From Thalassotalea sp. (GTDB taxonomy: Bacteria; Pseudomonadota; Gammaproteobacteria; Enterobacterales; Alteromonadaceae): a stretch of 31,839 bases of DNA. The translations under genes and the position numbers were made by a program. The stretch is from the NCBI GenBank assembly GCA_050300315.1, contig JBNKXM010000001.1, forward strand, positions 1 to 31,839, read 5' to 3'. Position 1 is the first letter of the stretch. The number at the start of each line of letters is the position of its first letter. The notes below the pieces were generated by a model. It ran no database searches. It was not told the DNA's origin and saw only the letters and a program-made list of their open reading frames with translations. This document shows positions 9,937 to 17,685 of the stretch, one piece after another.

Positions 9937-9970
9937 GGACTAAGCTTTCACTTAGTCCGTGATAAAATTT
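9937..9970 (-). promoter_or_regulatory. Programmed -1 ribosomal frameshift signal
   Basis: In-frame A AAT TTT heptamer (9970-9964), 5-nt spacer, perfect 8-bp hairpin GGACTAAG-TGAAAG-CTTAGTCC (9958-9937). Confidence 0.8.
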
Positions 9971-10392
9971 GCTTTATCTTCGAAAAACTCGTTCGCTTGT
10001 TCTCTAATGTCTTTAAACTTAAGATACAAATTAAACGCATTTTCGTAGGTGCAAACAAGTGGCGATTTGTCACCCGGCAAAATAAGATTTTCAAAACCAG
10101 TTGTGACAGTCGCAAGCTTTTTGCAGATCGCCTTTGTCACATCGTCAATCTTGAAATCTTCTTCTTTATTGCCATTGAGCTTTTTATTCACTTCTTTGCG
10201 GCGATTTTCTTTTACTGACTTTTCGACAAATTCAGCGAATACGTCAGAGTCAGCACCAAGCATTGTGATCTTAATTGGTTTTTTCTCTTCTTTGTCGGCA
10301 TATACGTGCATTTTAGTTTTAGGGTGCACTAAATGAAGTTCAGAGCCTTTATTCGCTTGTGAAACCGTGTCAAAAACATTTAAATCAAACAT
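9952..10392 (-). CDS. Tail assembly chaperone (G-like)
   Basis: 146 aa between the major tail and tape measure genes; KPIKITMLGADSDVF motif; ends at a slippery site. Confidence 0.8.
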   Translation of the reverse strand: MFDLNVFDTVSQANKGSELHLVHPKTKMHVYADKEEKKPIKITMLGADSDVFAEFVEKSVKENRRKEVNKKLNGNKEEDFKIDDVTKAICKKLATVTTGFENLILPGDKSPLVCTYENAFNLYLKFKDIREQANEFFEDKANFITD

Positions 10393-10486
10393 GATAAATT
10401 TACCCGTTAATTATCCCGATTAAATGACGTGGCAAGCTGCATCGGGTTAAACAGCGATTCGGTTACGTTAACCTAGCCACTTGCGC

Positions 10487-10533
10487 ATAATACCACTGGT
10501 CGGAGCAGTTAATCAATAAAGGTGTGTTATAGT
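10487..10533. promoter_or_regulatory. Divergent promoter module 2 with FadR-type box CACTGGTCGGAGCAGTT (10494-10510)
   Basis: Plus-strand TG-T-TATAGT (10528-10533); minus-strand TTGATT-N18-TATTAT flanking the box. Confidence 0.75.
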
Positions 10534-10562
10534 TGGTTTTATTTAAATTAACGGGAAATAAA

Positions 10563-10793
10563 ATGAATGAAGAAGATTTAACTCAAGATTATGTGGACAC
10601 AATACACCCTTTGGTTATGAGAGAATGGGGTGAATTGTTAAAGAAAAGTGGTAAAAGTGAATTGATGTTTAAAATTAGCCATGATGGCATGCAATTTATT
10701 GCGCAATACCAAATGATGAAAGAAGTTGTAGAATCTCGCGGCTTTACGATGCCTGAAATGTTTTATGACGGCACGAAAATAACATTAAGTTAA
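10563..10793 (+). CDS. Hypothetical protein (76 aa; start revised from 10533)
   Basis: ATG at 10563 after GGGAAATAAA; the track start at 10533 falls in the -10 element. Confidence 0.65.
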   Translation: MNEEDLTQDYVDTIHPLVMREWGELLKKSGKSELMFKISHDGMQFIAQYQMMKEVVESRGFTMPEMFYDGTKITLS

Positions 10794-10822
10794 AACAAAA
10801 AGCCCTCAACTGAGGGCTTTTT
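10792..10822. terminator. Bidirectional intrinsic terminator
   Basis: AAAACAAAAAGCCCTCA-AC-TGAGGGCTTTTT between convergent genes. Confidence 0.8.
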
Positions 10823-10826
10823 ACAA

Positions 10827-11276
10827 TTACTGAATATCAATCGGCTTAGTGTTAATGCCAATAGTTGAACTTGACATGATAACGTTGTCGATTGAGCCAG
10901 GCGTTTTATCGTAGCCGAATACGTATCCCTGGAACGCATCAACGCGACCGCCAGGATATACAACTTTGTGCGAGTGAACAGTTAAGTTAGCCGCGCCACC
11001 AGATGCAGCTTCAAGCAATAACTGTCCTGCATCTGTTTCATCGTAACCCATACCGACAGTCATAGAGCCGTAGTTGGTTGTACCTTTGAATTTCTTCAAG
11101 ATACCATCAGCTAAGTTAGTGAAGTTAACTTCTGTCTGTGTTGCGCCGTAAGTTGACAATGATTCTACTTCGCCCACTTCCGTCCATGTTAGCGCGTCAT
11201 AGCCCAACTTGTCATTGGTGGCTGGTAGCGCTGCCGAGATGTAGTATTGTACACCCGTGCTTGTTTGTAATGCCAT
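10827..11276 (-). CDS. Major tail (tube) protein
   Basis: 149 aa; WTEVGEVESLSTYG...KKFKGTTNYGSMTV...YDETDAGQLLL; position before the chaperones. Confidence 0.85.
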   Translation of the reverse strand: MALQTSTGVQYYISAALPATNDKLGYDALTWTEVGEVESLSTYGATQTEVNFTNLADGILKKFKGTTNYGSMTVGMGYDETDAGQLLLEAASGGAANLTVHSHKVVYPGGRVDAFQGYVFGYDKTPGSIDNVIMSSSTIGINTKPIDIQ

Positions 11277-11319
11277 AATTAAAAACCTCTGTATTAATAC
11301 AATTTTACCCGATACTCAC

Positions 11320-11368
11320 ATAATACCCTACTGGTTAGACCACTTCAATTGTTTGGGTGTGTTATGAT
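11320..11368. promoter_or_regulatory. Divergent promoter module 3 with FadR-type box TACTGGTTAGACCACTT (11329-11345)
   Basis: Plus-strand TG-T-TATGAT (11363-11368); minus-strand TTGAAG-N17-TATTAT. Confidence 0.75.
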
Positions 11369-11396
11369 GGTTTGGTTGAATGTTAAGGAGATAAAA

Positions 11397-11735
11397 ATGA
11401 CAGAACTAACAGATTTAGAGATTTGCACAAGAATTGCTGAGATTGAGGGGTTTACTGATATTTCAGTTTATTCTGGTGTCGATTCAGGCGGAACTTTAAT
11501 GGTTAGCAAATTTGAAATACTAACAGATGATGGAAAAGGGTTTCCATTGAAAATACATAATTACAACCCACTAACTGACGATGCGTTGTGTTTTAGGTTG
11601 ATGGTTAAGCATAAGATTGATTTTGTTAACTTTGATACTGACATGTACGCTGGTGTAGTAAAGGCTAAAACATTTCAAAACAGGTCACCTAACCGCGCAA
11701 TATGCCTTTCAATTATAGAGGCTAATAAGGAGTAA
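11397..11735 (+). CDS. NinX/DUF2591-like phage protein (start revised from 11349)
   Basis: AAGGAG RBS before ATG 11397; LTDLEICTRIAEIEG...YNPLTDDALCFRLM...NRAICLSII pattern. Confidence 0.6.
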   Translation: MTELTDLEICTRIAEIEGFTDISVYSGVDSGGTLMVSKFEILTDDGKGFPLKIHNYNPLTDDALCFRLMVKHKIDFVNFDTDMYAGVVKAKTFQNRSPNRAICLSIIEANKE

Positions 11736-11739
11736 TAAA

Positions 11740-11910
11740 ATGATATGCAAATCAGTTTCGATTTTACCTAACCGTGATTCATACAATACATACTGTGAAT
11801 GCGTTATTTTTGAAGTTAATGATGAATCTATAACTATTGTCTTGGGTGATAGACGAATCGAATTCGATCCTGAAGATGTTAGAAAGTTGTTGTTAATATC
11901 TGAAATTTAA
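11740..11910 (+). CDS. Hypothetical protein, 56 aa (not in the ORF track)
   Basis: AAGGAG RBS; MICKSVSILPNRDSY...LLLISEI*. Confidence 0.6.
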   Translation: MICKSVSILPNRDSYNTYCECVIFEVNDESITIVLGDRRIEFDPEDVRKLLLISEI

Positions 11911-12309
11911 CTACCTACCCCCTTCCTCTCTCGCTCTCTGCGCGACAATCTGAGGAAAATCTAAAATGGCTACTTTGACCATACCGTTAGGTGCAAAGTC
12001 TGAGTAGCCATCCTCTAGTCTTTTAGCATACGGCATTGAGTTAGTGAAATAGAAGTTATCATTGACTGATAAGCCACCGACAGTAGCGGTCAATCTTCCT
12101 TCTGCATCACTAATATTAGTCTTTGCTTTGTCGTAAGTGTAATCGCCACTGTTTAAAGCCGACAACCAGTTCGCACGAAAAGCGCCACTGTCAACAGGTG
12201 ATGATGTAATAATAAAATTACTGACATCATTCATTGTCGCGCGATAAACTTGCTCGAGCGATTGTTTGCGCTTTTTAGCTATTTTCCGCAAGTCAGTTGT
12301 TAGTGACAT
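11911..12309 (-). CDS. Neck/tail completion protein, HK97 gp10-like
   Basis: SPVDSGAFRANW...YFTNSMPYAKRLEDGYS..APNGMV motifs. Confidence 0.85.
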   Translation of the reverse strand: MSLTTDLRKIAKKRKQSLEQVYRATMNDVSNFIITSSPVDSGAFRANWLSALNSGDYTYDKAKTNISDAEGRLTATVGGLSVNDNFYFTNSMPYAKRLEDGYSDFAPNGMVKVAILDFPQIVAQRAREEGGR

Positions 12310-12378
12310 AGTTACTCAGTATTGGTTAATAATTAAAATACTTGTGGGTTTACAAGATTTAATCGCTGTTATTGGTTA

Positions 12379-12425
12379 ATAATATCACTGGTTAGACCAC
12401 TTGAGCAATAAAGGTGTGGTATATT
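12379..12425. promoter_or_regulatory. Divergent promoter module 4 with FadR-type box CACTGGTTAGACCACTT (12386-12402)
   Basis: Plus-strand TG-G-TATATT (12420-12425); minus-strand TTGCTC-N18-TATTAT. Confidence 0.75.
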
Positions 12426-12457
12426 GAATATTCATTAACAGAAAGGGTAATAAAGCA

Positions 12458-12685
12458 ATGAAAAAACTATCAAATAGAGCGCCTAAATTAACCAAGAAAG
12501 CAAGAAAATTATTAAAAGGCGGTAACGAAATGGTTAAGCGCAGTATGGAGTGCAAAAAGGTTGATGATTATCACGGCAAAACGCCAGTTTACGCCAATAT
12601 TAAACAAAAACCGCATGAGCCAGATAATTTTGTCAAAGTTCAATGCGGCGTACCTTTTGTTCGCCCAGAGCTTCACGGCATTTAA
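12458..12685 (+). CDS. Hypothetical basic protein
   Basis: 75-aa ORF, sole gene of cassette 4, between promoter and terminator. Confidence 0.65.
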   Translation: MKKLSNRAPKLTKKARKLLKGGNEMVKRSMECKKVDDYHGKTPVYANIKQKPHEPDNFVKVQCGVPFVRPELHGI

Positions 12686-12686
12686 T

Positions 12687-12717
12687 AAAACAAAAAGCCC
12701 TATTAACCTAGGGCTTT
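12687..12717 (-). terminator. Intrinsic terminator between convergent genes
   Basis: AAAACAAAAAGCCCTA-TTAACC-TAGGGCTTT. Confidence 0.75.
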
Positions 12718-13132
12718 ACCTACCAACAAAAGCATAGAAGGTAACTTCAATTATCATTCTGTGCCAGTTTGGATCTTCGCTTTGTCTTGGCTGTCTAACC
12801 GTTCTTATCTGTACTTTTGTTGTGCCGTACGTATTTGTTAAAGCAATACCATTTTTAGGCAGTCCATTATTAAGCACATCAGCGACTTGATAAGCAAAGT
12901 TTTCACCTTGCAGCTTTGGCATATAGCAATCAATCTGCACTATGCCGTTAACCCTGTCTGTATCGCTCAACGTCTGTTCAAACGTGTTACCAGTTAATAC
13001 ACTATAAGATAACCATGGGGTGCCATTGGGCGTTGTAAAATTACTATTAGGCCATCTAACAGTGTAAGCAGACAACAAGCTTTGGAATTGCGCTATCAGT
13101 ACGCGCTTTATTTCTAGGCTGTATGTTGGCAC
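12716..13132 (-). CDS. Tail terminator-like protein
   Basis: 138 aa; WPNSNFTTP..TPWL..SVL...GIVQIDCYMPK..G...A...AD pattern; position in the neck module. Confidence 0.75.
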   Translation of the reverse strand: MPTYSLEIKRVLIAQFQSLLSAYTVRWPNSNFTTPNGTPWLSYSVLTGNTFEQTLSDTDRVNGIVQIDCYMPKLQGENFAYQVADVLNNGLPKNGIALTNTYGTTKVQIRTVRQPRQSEDPNWHRMIIEVTFYAFVGR

Positions 13133-13500
13133 TAACCACCCCTAACTTGTAATGTATAAACCGCATCGGCCGCATCTAGCATACCGTTAACTATCGTACA
13201 TCTAACGCCATCAACAGTAACGACAACACCATCAGTGCGCGGCGATAACTTAGTAAAGCTATCGAATTGCGCCAATAGCTTAAAATCACTTCGCTGAATG
13301 ATAGTGCCGTCTTTTTGCGCATCGGTATAATCTTCCCTGATACAATCAACCGTATCAGTAACACTTGTCGCATTTGTTTCCAAAACTGGATCGTATTCGC
13401 CAAGCAATTCAAATGTGCAAGACGTTGTTAAACCGCCTGCTTTAGCTTTTGCAAACAGTTTAACCGCTGATGCTTTGAATTTTGTTTTACTTAGTGCCAT
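13132..13500 (-). CDS. Head closure / head-tail joining protein
   Basis: 122 aa; GEYDP...DGTIIQRSDFKLL...VYTLQVR pattern. Confidence 0.7.
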   Translation of the reverse strand: MALSKTKFKASAVKLFAKAKAGGLTTSCTFELLGEYDPVLETNATSVTDTVDCIREDYTDAQKDGTIIQRSDFKLLAQFDSFTKLSPRTDGVVVTVDGVRCTIVNGMLDAADAVYTLQVRGG

Positions 13501-13871
13501 TATAGCATCCCGTTTTTTCTGGCCTTACCGCCACCAAATAACCATGTAGCAATAAACCAAGTCTTAGAGCGAAACCATCTTCCCTCGTCGCTGAGTATGT
13601 CGCTTAACACCGTAGAGGCTTGCAAGTTAGTGCATTTTGTTTTGTCATTAAAGCAGCCATCACGACATAAAACATCATGAAACAACCAGCCGAAACTATC
13701 AATATCAAACGCACCAGTTGCGCCATCATAAGGCTCATCGCTAGGCTTTATCACTACATCTTTATTGTAGCGTCTGCTATGATATGTTTTAGGCTTTATG
13801 ACCCTGTAACCAATAATTTCTTCACTACCAGTTTTTATTGGTTGTACATAATCATATATTGATTTTGTCAC
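13500..13871 (-). CDS. DUF1353-like protein
   Basis: YDGATG...WLFHDVLC...ASTVLSDIL..EG...RS..WF.AT.LFGG pattern. Confidence 0.55.
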   Translation of the reverse strand: MTKSIYDYVQPIKTGSEEIIGYRVIKPKTYHSRRYNKDVVIKPSDEPYDGATGAFDIDSFGWLFHDVLCRDGCFNDKTKCTNLQASTVLSDILSDEGRWFRSKTWFIATWLFGGGKARKNGML

Positions 13872-14098
13872 TGTTCAATTATCTCAATTGATTTACGGCA
13901 AATAGTTTGCCTAGCTTTTAACAGTTCTTGCGTGTTATAGCGCCTTTGTATTGATCCAGTACTGGCAGCATTACAGATAGTAAACTCTGCGCTTAGTATC
14001 GCAGCATCGTTAACATCAGCAGCCCTGTTAGCTATTCCAGACAGTTGAGAACAGCCGCTAGATAAAACAACTAAGAAAAAAATCATAAAAAACTTCAT
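13868..14098 (-). CDS. Small lipoprotein (possibly spanin-like)
   Basis: MK plus hydrophobic stretch plus lipobox LSSG-C; 76 aa. Confidence 0.6.
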   Translation of the reverse strand: MKFFMIFFLVVLSSGCSQLSGIANRAADVNDAAILSAEFTICNAASTGSIQRRYNTQELLKARQTICRKSIEIIEQ

Positions 14099-14114
14099 AA
14101 ATCACCCTTTTATT

Positions 14115-14154
14115 CACTGGTTAGACCACACAAATGATAAAAGTAGTATATCAT
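14115..14154. promoter_or_regulatory. Divergent promoter module 5 with FadR-type box CACTGGTTAGACCACAC (14115-14131)
   Basis: Plus-strand -10 TATCAT (14149-14154) at the same spacing as the other modules; opposing promoter less clear. Confidence 0.65.
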
Positions 14155-14186
14155 TGTTGATAGTTAAATAAAAAGGAGTAGTTAGA

Positions 14187-14378
14187 ATGTCGAGGCAAAG
14201 AGTGTACATATCAAACCAAAAGCCGAAAGATATGACTATAGAATCGTTTGAAGAGCTTGAGTATAAAGAGCTTGGTGTAATATATTGTGATATTGAAGAT
14301 AAAACAACTTGTGATGCTCCTACACAAAAACAAAAAATTAAACCATGCTTAGAAGGCAAACACGGTAAAAAGGAGTAG
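14187..14378 (+). CDS. Hypothetical protein
   Basis: 63 aa, AAGGAG RBS. Confidence 0.6.
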   Translation: MSRQRVYISNQKPKDMTIESFEELEYKELGVIYCDIEDKTTCDAPTQKQKIKPCLEGKHGKKE

Positions 14379-14383
14379 TTATA

Positions 14384-14599
14384 ATGAATATACTCGACAC
14401 GATTATTACAAAAAATGGAACCTTTAATGTTGGTGATAAATTAATAGGTGAAAGGGATGCTTCTCACAAACTGGGAATTTCAAGAGCTGAACTGAGAAAA
14501 GCTCAAGACGAATTAAGCATAAAAGGAATTATCAGTAAAGAGCACGGTAAAGTAAGGGTTATATTAAAAGATATTTACACAGGTGAGGAGGAAACATAA
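14384..14599 (+). CDS. Stand-alone GntR-family winged-HTH resembling the FadR DNA-binding domain
   Basis: F..G..L..ER..S...G.SR..LR.....L...G....EHGK pattern; AAGGAG RBS; no effector domain. Confidence 0.8.
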   Translation: MNILDTIITKNGTFNVGDKLIGERDASHKLGISRAELRKAQDELSIKGIISKEHGKVRVILKDIYTGEEET

Positions 14600-14695
14600 A
14601 TGAACAAAGAATTTGAAGAATTGCACTTTGTTTGGGTTAAGCGCTTATCGCTTGGAATTATTTTTTGTATTAGTCTCTTGGTTTGGTTGGGGTGA
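14600..14695 (+). CDS. Small membrane peptide, 31 aa (not in the ORF track)
   Basis: GAGGAGG RBS; TAAATG junction with the wHTH gene; MNKEFEELHFVWVKRLSLGIIFCISLLVWLG*. Confidence 0.55.
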   Translation: MNKEFEELHFVWVKRLSLGIIFCISLLVWLG

Positions 14696-14698
14696 TTT

Positions 14699-14776
14699 AT
14701 GAATAAATTTAAAACAATCTTGTTGTGGTCTGCGTCATTTGCTATGGGTATTGCTTTTATATGGTGGGTTTTATGA
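14699..14776 (+). CDS. Small membrane peptide, 25 aa (not in the ORF track)
   Basis: MNKFKTILLWSASFAMGIAFIWWVL*; ends in an ATGA overlap with the next gene. Confidence 0.5.
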   Translation: MNKFKTILLWSASFAMGIAFIWWVL

Positions 14777-16005
14777 AACTACTAGAAAAAATAGACGATC
14801 ATATACTTAATGATTACATGACTGAGCTATGGCAAGATCGTGTTAAGTTAATGCGCGAGATTGGCATTAAACCAACAGCTAGAAAGTTAGGTATAAACAG
14901 CAGAAACATGATAAGAGCCATGAATAACGCTGTTAATAAGGCAAGCGACGATGGTTATATTGTTGATATGCCGCCAATGATTATCGCCAACAATAAAAAG
15001 CTTGGAAAAATGACCACGCAAGCTGACGCGCAAGGCAACATCAAGCAAATATGGTATAGGCAGAATGATTTTGATATCGACGCCATAACTGACGCAATAC
15101 AAAACGCTTGCATTGATTTACCTCAAGTCCTACCTAAAAAACCAAAAGGTTTAGTTGCATATAACAAGGATGTTATCCCTTTCTTTCACATAGGTGATGG
15201 ACATATTGGCATGCTATCTTACCGCAAAGAAGTTGGAACTGATTTCGATATCGATATTGCTGTTAAAGATTTATGGTCAGCAATGTCAATACTAATAGAC
15301 GAGTCACCAGACTGTGAGCGCTGTGTTATTCAAGATATGGGCGACATGACCCATTACGAGAATGAACAGCAAACAACTGAAGCTAGCGGTCACGCTTTAG
15401 ATTGTGATGGTCGATACACAAAGATGATCAACGCCTATGTTGATACAATGCTTTTCATTATCAATAAGGCGCTAGAAAAGTTTAAGTTTGTCGACGTGAT
15501 CATTAACCAGGGAAATCATTCGCGCAAAAATGACAAGTGGATGAATATATTCTTGCGCCATACGTATGCTAATGAAAGTCGTGTCAATATACTGTCAAAC
15601 GAAAGCGTTTATATCCCATATCGCATGGGTAACACGTTTGTCATGTGCCATCATAGCGATAAGTGCAGACCGTTAAAACTTGCTCAGGTAATGGCTACGG
15701 ATTACCGTCACGACTTTGGTGAGGCGTTGTACAAGTATATCGACATAGGTCATATTCACCATAACATGGTATTAAAAGAGCATCCGGCAGTAACAATCGA
15801 GTCATTCAACCAGCTAGCAACAGCAGACAAGTACGCGCATGATGGCGGTTGGCGTTCTCGCAGTTGCTTAGCCGTTGTATTTCGCTCTAAGACTTATGGC
15901 GAGGTCGGAAGACACACATTACCACTTGAGCGAGTTCGAGATATTATCGAAAACGTAAAAGCTGGCACCAACTCAAACAAAAGAACGGAGGTTTATTCGG
16001 TATGA
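14773..16005 (+). CDS. Calcineurin-like metallophosphoesterase with an N-terminal HTH-like segment (start revised from 14725)
   Basis: Metal-binding motifs IGDGHIG, DMGDMTH, QGNHS, HHSD, GHIHH; N-terminal REIGIKPTARKLGINSRNM. Confidence 0.75.
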   Translation: MKLLEKIDDHILNDYMTELWQDRVKLMREIGIKPTARKLGINSRNMIRAMNNAVNKASDDGYIVDMPPMIIANNKKLGKMTTQADAQGNIKQIWYRQNDFDIDAITDAIQNACIDLPQVLPKKPKGLVAYNKDVIPFFHIGDGHIGMLSYRKEVGTDFDIDIAVKDLWSAMSILIDESPDCERCVIQDMGDMTHYENEQQTTEASGHALDCDGRYTKMINAYVDTMLFIINKALEKFKFVDVIINQGNHSRKNDKWMNIFLRHTYANESRVNILSNESVYIPYRMGNTFVMCHHSDKCRPLKLAQVMATDYRHDFGEALYKYIDIGHIHHNMVLKEHPAVTIESFNQLATADKYAHDGGWRSRSCLAVVFRSKTYGEVGRHTLPLERVRDIIENVKAGTNSNKRTEVYSV

Positions 16006-16163
16006 GCCACTACGACGAACAAATAGAAGCTGACAAACTCAGACAACAACTTACTGAGCTAGACAGAGAAATTAAGCGTAACATTGAGCAAAACGCCATG
16101 TTACATAAAGAAAGAGCAGCGTTAAAGCGTGAATTATGGGAGTTGAAGGGTGATAAATTATGA
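16002..16163 (+). CDS. Small coiled-coil protein, 53 aa (not in the ORF track)
   Basis: GGAGG RBS; ATGA overlaps at both ends; heptad pattern LRQQLTELDREIKRNIEQNAMLHKERAALKRELWEL. Confidence 0.6.
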   Translation: MSHYDEQIEADKLRQQLTELDREIKRNIEQNAMLHKERAALKRELWELKGDKL

Positions 16164-16573
16164 AATACATGGGAAGCAAAGAAAGAATAGCAAAGCATAT
16201 TTTGCCTATTATCTTAAAAGATAGAAAGGAAGTCCAGTGGTATGTAGAGCCTTTTGTTGGCGGAGCTAATATGATTGATAAGGTTGACGGCAATCGTATT
16301 GGGGCTGATAGTAATAAGTATTTAATTTCTTTACTGCAGCATTGTGAAAAACAGTTAAGCCATGATTTACCTTCTAGGATTTATGAGGATGATTACAATC
16401 ATGTAAAAAACAATAAATCGGTTTATTCTGATTTTATAGTTGCCCACATAGGCTTTAACGCTAGCTTTGGCTCTAAATGGTTTGGTGGCTACGCTAGACC
16501 TAGAAAGGCTACCGGATACGATAGAGATTTGGTTTGCGGTAAAAATTCTCTTGTAAAAAAATGCACGCAGTAA
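16160..16573 (+). CDS. DNA adenine methyltransferase (Dam/D12 class), N-terminal part of a frameshifted gene
   Basis: KYMGSK and YVEPFVGGANM (motif I); frame breaks at an A7 run (16555-16561). Confidence 0.8.
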   Translation: MKYMGSKERIAKHILPIILKDRKEVQWYVEPFVGGANMIDKVDGNRIGADSNKYLISLLQHCEKQLSHDLPSRIYEDDYNHVKNNKSVYSDFIVAHIGFNASFGSKWFGGYARPRKATGYDRDLVCGKNSLVKKCTQ

Positions 16574-16884
16574 AAGGTGTAAGATTTATCGAATCAAGCT
16601 ACAGCGAGTTGGACATTCCACCCAACAGCATTATATATTGCGACCCACCATATGAAGGAACAACAAAATACAAAGATGATTTTAACCATATCTTATTCTG
16701 GCAATGGTGCAGAGAAAAGGCAAAAGAAGGTCATCAAGTGTTTATTAGCGAATATAACGCTCCAGATGATTTTGTTTGCATATGGCAGCAAGAGTTAAAT
16801 GTTTCAGTCGCTAAAAACGGAAAACATAAGAAAGCTATTGAGAAACTATTTGTTCATGAGTCTCAGAGTGTGATTAACCCCTAA
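16561..16884 (+). CDS. DNA adenine methyltransferase, C-terminal catalytic part in the -1 frame
   Basis: IIYCDPPY (motif IV), VFISEY, EKLF. Confidence 0.8.
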   Translation: MHAVKGVRFIESSYSELDIPPNSIIYCDPPYEGTTKYKDDFNHILFWQWCREKAKEGHQVFISEYNAPDDFVCIWQQELNVSVAKNGKHKKAIEKLFVHESQSVINP

Positions 16885-17365
16885 CAATCCCACCCAAACC
16901 GCTGCTATTGGTATATTTATTTAGTATTCTATCAATGGCAGTGGTTGGGTATTTAGTTGTATAACCTTGTCCATTATCAGTATAAACAGTTTTATCCATC
17001 AACGAACCGACGCGAGATTCTTCTTCAACGATTGTTTGTGTGTTGATTGATGTAGGATCGACAAACAATCTACCTTTTAAATCCAAGATGGCACTCATAC
17101 AGCAAGCGCGCTTAATATCTGCGTTTAATGCTACCTCATCGGTCGGAATTTGCATTCCTTGCGTATCAGTTAAGCTATCACCTTTAAACGTAAAAAACGT
17201 GTCTATGTAGTCCTGTGATGCTTTAATGATTGCCGCTTGTTTCTCACTGTCGATGTTCGCGTAAATATCTTCGCCGCGATCTGACATGTAATCATTTAAT
17301 TCTGCAACACTAACAAAAGCATTTGCACCGGTTACGCCTGTGCCTGTTTCCAATGTGAAAGCCAT
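16874..17365 (-). CDS. Head-tail adaptor (family often labelled DnaT-like ssDNA-binding)
   Basis: ETGTGVTGANAFVSVAEL..Y...RG...AAIIKASQDYID..F.G pattern; structural-gene context. Confidence 0.75.
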   Translation of the reverse strand: MAFTLETGTGVTGANAFVSVAELNDYMSDRGEDIYANIDSEKQAAIIKASQDYIDTFFTFKGDSLTDTQGMQIPTDEVALNADIKRACCMSAILDLKGRLFVDPTSINTQTIVEEESRVGSLMDKTVYTDNGQGYTTKYPTTAIDRILNKYTNSSGLGGIVRG

Positions 17366-17685
17366 TATTTATCACCCTTCAATTCTTTATCGTGTTGCTC
17401 TTGTTCTCGTTTATCGCGCTTACGTGCAAAATAAATATCAGCGCCAGATTTTACTGCTAATGTTAAACCACCAACAATGCCGCAGATACTACCCCACTCG
17501 GCGAGCGTTAGCATATCAGTACTTAAATCTGTTGTTGATTTAGCTATACCAGACGCAACACCAACGCTTGAACCAGAAACGCCAATATAAACAGCAGCCT
17601 TGCTAAATATCGCATTACCTTGATCGCTTATCGCCGCTAGTGCGTGATGAATTATGTCTGATATTCTGTTCATGTTCTCGATCAA
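17365..17685 (-). CDS. Holin-like membrane protein
   Basis: Hydrophobic segments, W..I.GI..GLT...DIYF followed by a highly charged C-terminus (ARKRDKREQEQHDKELK), resembling HP1-type holins. Confidence 0.55.
   Translation of the reverse strand: MIENMNRISDIIHHALAAISDQGNAIFSKAAVYIGVSGSSVGVASGIAKSTTDLSTDMLTLAEWGSICGIVGGLTLAVKSGADIYFARKRDKREQEQHDKELKGDK

Noticed and set aside
9997-10336. Two plus-strand ORFs opposite the tail chaperone
   Set aside because: Antisense shadows with no initiation signals
14114-14359. Minus-strand 81-aa ORF
   Set aside because: Overlaps a plus-strand gene that has a strong RBS and runs across the promoter module
16874-17365. Possible DnaT-like replication function
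   Set aside because: Context among head and neck genes indicates a head-tail adaptor despite the family label
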